Source: an archaeon (GTDB taxonomy: Archaea; Nanobdellota; Nanobdellia; Pacearchaeales; GW2011-AR1). Taken from it: DNA of 64,000 bases. Shown in pieces: positions 59,156 through 64,000 of the stretch. The stretch covers positions 717-64,716 of the forward strand of contig JABIDS010000013.1 in NCBI GenBank assembly GCA_018651605.1, read 5' to 3'. A program made the translations under genes and the position numbers. Below the pieces are notes generated by a model. The model did no database searches. It was given only the letters and a program-made list of their open reading frames with translations, and was not told the origin of the DNA. Position 1 is the first letter of the stretch. The number at the start of each line of letters is the position of its first letter.

Positions 59156-61918
59156 ATGAAAAAGATGTTTGCAATATTTATTTTATTTTTAATAATTGTT
59201 AATTTGAGTTTAATTCAAGCTTCTGTTCATGGAAATGTTTATAAGATAAATGAAGATATTGGGGGACCAATTGTTAATGCTACGATTATATTTTATTCAG
59301 TAGATAATGAAACTTATGAAATACTATCGGATAACGAAGGTTCATTTTACTTAGGAGGTAATAATGAGAATTTAAAAAGCATTGAAGTATATATTGAAGA
59401 ATGTTTAGTTTTTCAAAATAATTTAAATATCTTTACAAAAGAAAATTTAAGTTTTGATGTTTCTATTTTTGATATAAGTTTTTGTAAGAGAGAAAAATCT
59501 AAAGGAGAGATATCTTCTTTTGCATATACTCCTAGTTGCTCCAATTTTCCGAATAGTTTGGTTTATGGGCCAAGCAGTAAAGATCAAACAGAAACACCAA
59601 TTATTTTAGTTCATGGTTGGAGTAACGATGCGGATTCAAGTATGAGTGGTTGGGGAAGTTTAGATTATGAATTAGATAAAGATTATGATGTATTTAGATT
59701 ACAATATTGGCCTGCTAATCTTAGTAATAGAAAAAATGCGTTCATTGTTGATTATGAAATTAATCGATTGCTTAATGCTTATTATTCTGAACAGGATTAT
59801 TTTAATGTAATTTCTCATAGTATGGGTGGTTTAGCAGTAAGAGGATATATTCAAGGGCTTGCCAAAAGTTGTAATGGTAATACGAAGTCTTATAGAGATA
59901 ATATTGATAATTATGTAATAGTTGCAAGTCCAATGAAAGGAACTTATTTCACAAATTTAATTAATGGAATTACAGATATTGATTTAACAAATGATCATCC
60001 CAATTGCCAAAAATTTATAGAAGGAGATTACTTAGGAGTTCCTAATTTAGAAGGAAAGAGTGAAGCAACTTTAGATATGGAAATTGGTAGTGATTTTACA
60101 TGGAATTTAAATAAAAATGAGATTAATTCAAATGTAAATTATTTGTCTATATCTGGATCTAAAATATTAGATAGAGTTACAGATCCTCTAGATTTTGTTT
60201 ATGATTATTGTCTATCTAATAGGGCACAAATTAATGATTGGGTTGTTTCATTACCTAGTTCTAATCTGGCTAAAAAAGGTTACCTGATGATTCTTATGGA
60301 TAAATTCCATACTTCTCCTTTTTTGGAAGTAGGTATTGGTGACTCTAGAAACACTGCAAAATTATCCACATTATTTTTTCAAGGAAAATTAAATTATAAT
60401 TCTGCAAATGAGATATTGGATAAAAATATAGGCGAAGCATATTACTCAAAACAAGAATTAAATCCAGATATGCCTGATGAATTTTATCATAGATCTATGG
60501 TAATCTTAGAAATAGATAATTCAGAAATAAATATAAATAAAGTAGAATTAAAAGATAATCACAATGATTTTTATAAATTAGAAAAAAATATAAATACTGG
60601 ACGATGGTTTTATGTAAATCTTCTTTCGGGGCAAAATACTTTAAATTTTGATACAACACTCCCTAATGGAAGAAAGTATGTTTATATTAATGATAAATGG
60701 ACTAATTATAACTTTATATTAAATCCTCAAAATGATTTTATTAATATTAATTTAGATAAAGATTCTGATAATTATGACCTTCAAAATGTTGGTGGTTCTG
60801 ATTGCAACGACGAAAATCCTAATATTAACCCAAGTATGGATGAATTATGTAATGATATTGATGATGATTGTGATGAGGATATTGATGAAACTTTTTATGA
60901 TAAGGGGAATGTTTGTTATAATGGAATTGGGGAATGTAAGGTAGATGGGGAGATGGTTTGTTCAGTGGATGGTGGAAAAACTGAATGTAATGCTGTTGAG
61001 GGATTGCCTGTTGTTGAGATTTGTGATGATGACTTAGATAATGATTGTGATGGATTAATTGATTATCAAGATGGAGAAGATTGTATTGAAGATATCTCTC
61101 TTTGTGAAATTAATCTCCCTAAAGAAGAGATCTATCCTCTTCGTAGAATTCCTTTTGATATTCAAGCAACGGAAAAATTATCTAGGATAGAATATATAGA
61201 TTATTCAGATTCTCGTCCTCGTTGGAAAAAGTTATGTTCTAAATGTGATAAATATGATAGAGAGAAAAGTTTTAAAGAAGGAGAGCATGAAGTTAAAATA
61301 AAATGTACTCCTTATATTGGAGTGTCTGAGATTTATGAAGTTAATTTTTTTAATGATTATACTGAACCTAAAATATCTAAAGTAGAACCAAAGAGGAATG
61401 CTTATACTAATGGGGATGATTTTTATATTAAGTTTAAAGAAAAACTTCCAAAAGATTTTCAATTTTCTTTAGGAAATGAATTGATAGAAAAAGAGGATTG
61501 CTCAGAGTCAAGAGGATATTATGAATGTTATTTTAATATGAATCTTTCACAATATAATAATCAGGGAATATTTTATTCTTTTAGTATTGAAGATTATGCA
61601 GGAAATAAGGATAAATCTAAACCTCTAAAGGTTAATGTAGATATGACTAATCCAGTTATAAATAATTTTGATAATTTTTATGAGTTTAATGGTAAATATA
61701 TTTATTTTGATATTTCAATAACTGAGAAGAATTTTGATGAGGCTGTTTTGAAGTATGATTATCGTGGTAGAACTAAGGAGAAGAGGTTGTGTTCTAGGTT
61801 GAGGGGTGGGAAATGCGAAAAGAAATTCAGATTTAAAAGTAGTTATAAGAATATGAAGTTGATTGTTAAGGATGAGGCGGGGAATAAGGTTGAGGTTCCT
61901 ATGATTTTGGTATTTTAA
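59156..61918 (+). CDS. secreted alpha/beta-hydrolase (lipase/esterase-like) fused to Cys/Asp-rich repeats and Ig-like domains
   Basis: Signal MKKMFAIFILFLIIVNLSLIQA. PIILVHGW and nucleophile elbow ISHSMGG. DCNDENPNINPSMDELCNDIDDDCDEDIDE and EICDDDLDNDCDGLIDYQDGEDC resemble the MopE-type putative metal-binding motif. Confidence 0.7.
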   Translation: MKKMFAIFILFLIIVNLSLIQASVHGNVYKINEDIGGPIVNATIIFYSVDNETYEILSDNEGSFYLGGNNENLKSIEVYIEECLVFQNNLNIFTKENLSFDVSIFDISFCKREKSKGEISSFAYTPSCSNFPNSLVYGPSSKDQTETPIILVHGWSNDADSSMSGWGSLDYELDKDYDVFRLQYWPANLSNRKNAFIVDYEINRLLNAYYSEQDYFNVISHSMGGLAVRGYIQGLAKSCNGNTKSYRDNIDNYVIVASPMKGTYFTNLINGITDIDLTNDHPNCQKFIEGDYLGVPNLEGKSEATLDMEIGSDFTWNLNKNEINSNVNYLSISGSKILDRVTDPLDFVYDYCLSNRAQINDWVVSLPSSNLAKKGYLMILMDKFHTSPFLEVGIGDSRNTAKLSTLFFQGKLNYNSANEILDKNIGEAYYSKQELNPDMPDEFYHRSMVILEIDNSEININKVELKDNHNDFYKLEKNINTGRWFYVNLLSGQNTLNFDTTLPNGRKYVYINDKWTNYNFILNPQNDFININLDKDSDNYDLQNVGGSDCNDENPNINPSMDELCNDIDDDCDEDIDETFYDKGNVCYNGIGECKVDGEMVCSVDGGKTECNAVEGLPVVEICDDDLDNDCDGLIDYQDGEDCIEDISLCEINLPKEEIYPLRRIPFDIQATEKLSRIEYIDYSDSRPRWKKLCSKCDKYDREKSFKEGEHEVKIKCTPYIGVSEIYEVNFFNDYTEPKISKVEPKRNAYTNGDDFYIKFKEKLPKDFQFSLGNELIEKEDCSESRGYYECYFNMNLSQYNNQGIFYSFSIEDYAGNKDKSKPLKVNVDMTNPVINNFDNFYEFNGKYIYFDISITEKNFDEAVLKYDYRGRTKEKRLCSRLRGGKCEKKFRFKSSYKNMKLIVKDEAGNKVEVPMILVF

Positions 61919-62173
61919 TAATTTTCAAAACCTCGACACCATGTTTTTTTAATCTTTCTCTTGGGCGATTTTGAAGTGGGAGATCTTTGATTTTCATTCT
62001 TCTTTTTGTTTTATGTTGATATTATTAGGAAACCGAAAGATTTTTATATATATTTATATTATATATATCAAGCAGTAATGCGCTTTGGCGCTTCGCGATT
62101 TATCGCGTGGCAATATTGGTCACGGCTCTTAGAGCTCTGGTTACTGCCTATTTTTTTATAATCTTGATAAAAC

Positions 62174-64000
62174 CTATATCTCTATAGAGAGCACCTTACT
62201 AATCCCCTCCTGCATACTCACCCCATATAAAATATCACTCGACTCACTAATAATCGAATCATTATGTGTAATCACAATATATTGCCCTTGTTTCATATTC
62301 TTTTTGAACAAATAAGCAAGTTTCTCACTATTTCTTCTATCTAATGCGGCATCAATTTCATCAAAGATATAGAAACAATAAGGTTTGAGTTCTTGAATTG
62401 CGAATATCAATGATAAAGCCACAAGGGTCTGTTCTCCTCCTGATAAAGACGTGACATCAAAGATTTTCCTACCTGACATTCTTACGATGATGTTTAATCC
62501 TTTTTCAAAGACATCTTTTTTATCTTGGGGTTCTATTGTTACGATTCCTTTGGTGCTGAGTTGACTAAAATTACGAGAGAATAGGGTGTTGATATCTTTT
62601 AATGTTGTTAGAAATGCTTTCTTTTTCTTTTTATCTATTTGTTCAATGATTTTTAGGATTTCTAATTTTTCTTCATCTAATTGGTTTACTTTTTCTTTTA
62701 TTTTGTCGTATTGTTCTTTGATGCCTTCGTAAACTTCTAATGCTCTAAGGTTGACGTTTCCTATTCTGTTAAGTGTGTTTTCTGAGTTGTTTAGTTTTTC
62801 TTTTAGTTTTTCTAAGGGTAGGCTGATGAATTCGATATCTGCGAATTCTTCTAAATCTTGTTTAAATGTGTCGATTCTTGCAGTGATTTGTGCTTTGATA
62901 ATCATAAGGTTGTTTATATCATTTTCAATTAATCTTTTGTTGTTCTGGACTTTCATTAATTCTGTTTCTAAAATTCTTGATTTGTCTTGAAGGATGTTTT
63001 TTTCTTCAAACATTTTTTGATATTTATTTTTTAATTTATCTGCTTGACTTTCTTTTATATTTGTTTTTTCTTGCTTTTCTTCTATTGTGATTGTGATTTC
63101 TTTTAGGTCTTCTGTGATTTCTTGTTTATCTCTAATGTTTTGTTTAATTGCTAATTTTATTCTCTCTAGTTCTCTTTGTTTGGTTGTTATTTCTGCTCCT
63201 AAGTTTCTTTCTTCTGTTCTTTCTAATTCATTAACTTCTAATTTTAATTTTTCATAATCTTCTTCACTCATTTTAATTTTAGAGAATTGATTTTCTAGTG
63301 TTTGTTTTTTTGTTTTAAGATTCTTTAATTCTTTTTCTAAATCTTGGATTTGTTCTGAATCTCTTTTTAATTGTTGTTTTTTGTCCTCGATTGTTTGTAA
63401 TTTTACTATGTCTATGTTTCTTGTATTTATTTCCATTGCTTGTTTTGCTATTGTTTGTTTTAATTCTGATAGGGTGTTTTTGTTTTCTTTAATTTTTTCT
63501 TGTGTTGTTTGAATTAATTGTTTTGATGTTTGAATTATTTTATCTGATTTATCTTTGACTTCTTTTATATGTTTTTCTGTGATGTTTGTTTTACATAATG
63601 GACATGTGTCTAATTCTGAGACTTGTTTTTTTATTTTTTCAGCTTCACTTATTTTTTGTTCTTCTACTGCGAATATTTTTTCTTTTTCTATTAGTTTTGT
63701 TTCTATTTCTTGGTTTTTTTGTTTGTTTGATTCTAAATCTGAGTTTAGGTGGATAAGTGCTTGTTTGTGGTGATTTATTGATGTTGTAGTTCTATTAGCT
63801 CCACCCCTTTTTTCAAACGTCATTTTATTATTTGTTGCACCCGCCCGCGAACCACCCTTAAATGAATGACGTTTGAAATCTCCACCCCCAATAGCATGAT
63901 TTTCAAACTCTCCTTTTATTTTAATTTCTTTCTCAATCTGTTCAATCTGTTCAACAATAAAGTTTGATTCATTCTTTAGTCTTTGAATTTGTCTTTCTTT
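62174..64000 (-). CDS. smc: SMC-type chromosome-segregation ATPase, C-terminal ~608 aa (N-terminus outside the window), with a Rad50-like CPLC hook motif
   Basis: C-terminal head: NRIGNVNLRALEVYE, LSGGEQTLVALSLIFAIQELKPYCFYIFDEIDAALD, QYIVITHND, ILYGVSMQEGISKV. This is SMC-type rather than Rad50-type. My own translation shows the frame stays open from 63823 up to nt 64000 (KERQIQRLKNESNFIVEQIEQIEKEIKIKGEFENHAIGGGDFKRHSFKGGSRAGATNNK-MTFEK...). Confidence 0.85.
   Translation of the reverse strand, partial: KERQIQRLKNESNFIVEQIEQIEKEIKIKGEFENHAIGGGDFKRHSFKGGSRAGATNNKMTFEKRGGANRTTTSINHHKQALIHLNSDLESNKQKNQEIETKLIEKEKIFAVEEQKISEAEKIKKQVSELDTCPLCKTNITEKHIKEVKDKSDKIIQTSKQLIQTTQEKIKENKNTLSELKQTIAKQAMEINTRNIDIVKLQTIEDKKQQLKRDSEQIQDLEKELKNLKTKKQTLENQFSKIKMSEEDYEKLKLEVNELERTEERNLGAEITTKQRELERIKLAIKQNIRDKQEITEDLKEITITIEEKQEKTNIKESQADKLKNKYQKMFEEKNILQDKSRILETELMKVQNNKRLIENDINNLMIIKAQITARIDTFKQDLEEFADIEFISLPLEKLKEKLNNSENTLNRIGNVNLRALEVYEGIKEQYDKIKEKVNQLDEEKLEILKIIEQIDKKKKKAFLTTLKDINTLFSRNFSQLSTKGIVTIEPQDKKDVFEKGLNIIVRMSGRKIFDVTSLSGGEQTLVALSLIFAIQELKPYCFYIFDEIDAALDRRNSEKLAYLFKKNMKQGQYIVITHNDSIISESSDILYGVSMQEGISKVLSIEI
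63800..63889 (-). repeat. palindromic C/G-tract element inside the smc coiled-coil region, flanked by 9-nt direct repeats
   Basis: Perfect 14-bp inverted repeat tttcaaacgtcatt (63811-63824) / aatgacgtttgaaa (63865-63878). The loop contains cacccgcccgcgaaccaccc. ctccacccc occurs at 63800-63808 and at 63880-63888. Confidence 0.7.

Noticed and set aside
1-64000. Search for the enzyme that could mobilise the palindromic elements (transposase, integrase, HUH/RAYT nuclease), and for rRNA, CRISPR-Cas, restriction-modification or toxin-antitoxin defence modules.
   Set aside because: No ORF in the window shows DDE, tyrosine/serine recombinase, HUH-Y1, Cas, or typical RM/TA motifs. The only hints are a 48-aa RHH protein heading the adhesin operon and a 30-aa AbrB-like remnant. 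If a mobilising enzyme exists, it is encoded elsewhere.

Overview
AT-rich window of about one-third GC by eye. It looks archaeal and fits a small-genome DPANN-type archaeon best. Support: archaeal class-III-signal pilin paralogs, Elp3, archaeal-type GluRS, TATA-like boxes about 25-30 nt upstream of many apparently leaderless ATGs alongside GGAGG-led genes, poly-T terminators, and tRNA-His with an encoded G-1. There are about 60 genes, roughly 85% on the + strand.

Gene content:
- Two giant N-glycosylation-sequon-rich surface proteins: >2630 aa (5' end outside the window) and 2295 aa.
- A copper/metal cluster: wHTH regulator, HMA-permease-cupredoxin fusion, CopA.
- Endonuclease III, an HxlR regulator, a 4Fe-4S protein and an SDR.
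- A roughly 10-kb signalling island: 2 CheY-like receivers, a Cache/HAMP histidine kinase, a HAMP-PAS sensor, 2 hemerythrin-like proteins, a KaiC-like ATPase and 2 P-loop-less KaiC-like paralogs.
- A type-II P-type ATPase, ScpA, a GluRS that appears C-terminally truncated, and four tandem pilin paralogs.
- Elp3, Nudix, a methyltransferase, a PLD-family protein, tRNA-His followed by HisRS, a bacterial-type Tgt, a rhomboid protease and a lipase-like secreted protein.
- The C-terminal approximately 600 aa of an SMC-type ATPase.
- No rRNA, CRISPR array, transposase or integrase was seen.

Most interesting signal: a family of hairpin/palindromic elements whose tips carry (CCCN)n tracts, which read as G-quadruplex motifs on the other strand.
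- There are six loci, all with the C-rich strand on +, even though the + strand is otherwise extremely C-poor.
- Five sit inside conserved protein genes (Elp3, PLD-like, Tgt, P-type ATPase, SMC) without breaking the reading frame.
- The PLD and Tgt copies are 53/54 identical.
- This resembles Rickettsia palindromic elements; I know of no archaeal description.

Other notable points:
- SMC-type head combined with a Rad50-type CPxC zinc hook.
- A G7 slippery tract separating a signal-peptide ORF from the signal-less giant ORF.
- Very strong G>C, T>A strand asymmetry that is independent of gene orientation and reshapes amino-acid usage.
- Several dispersed intergenic nested-hairpin repeats showing compensatory substitutions.
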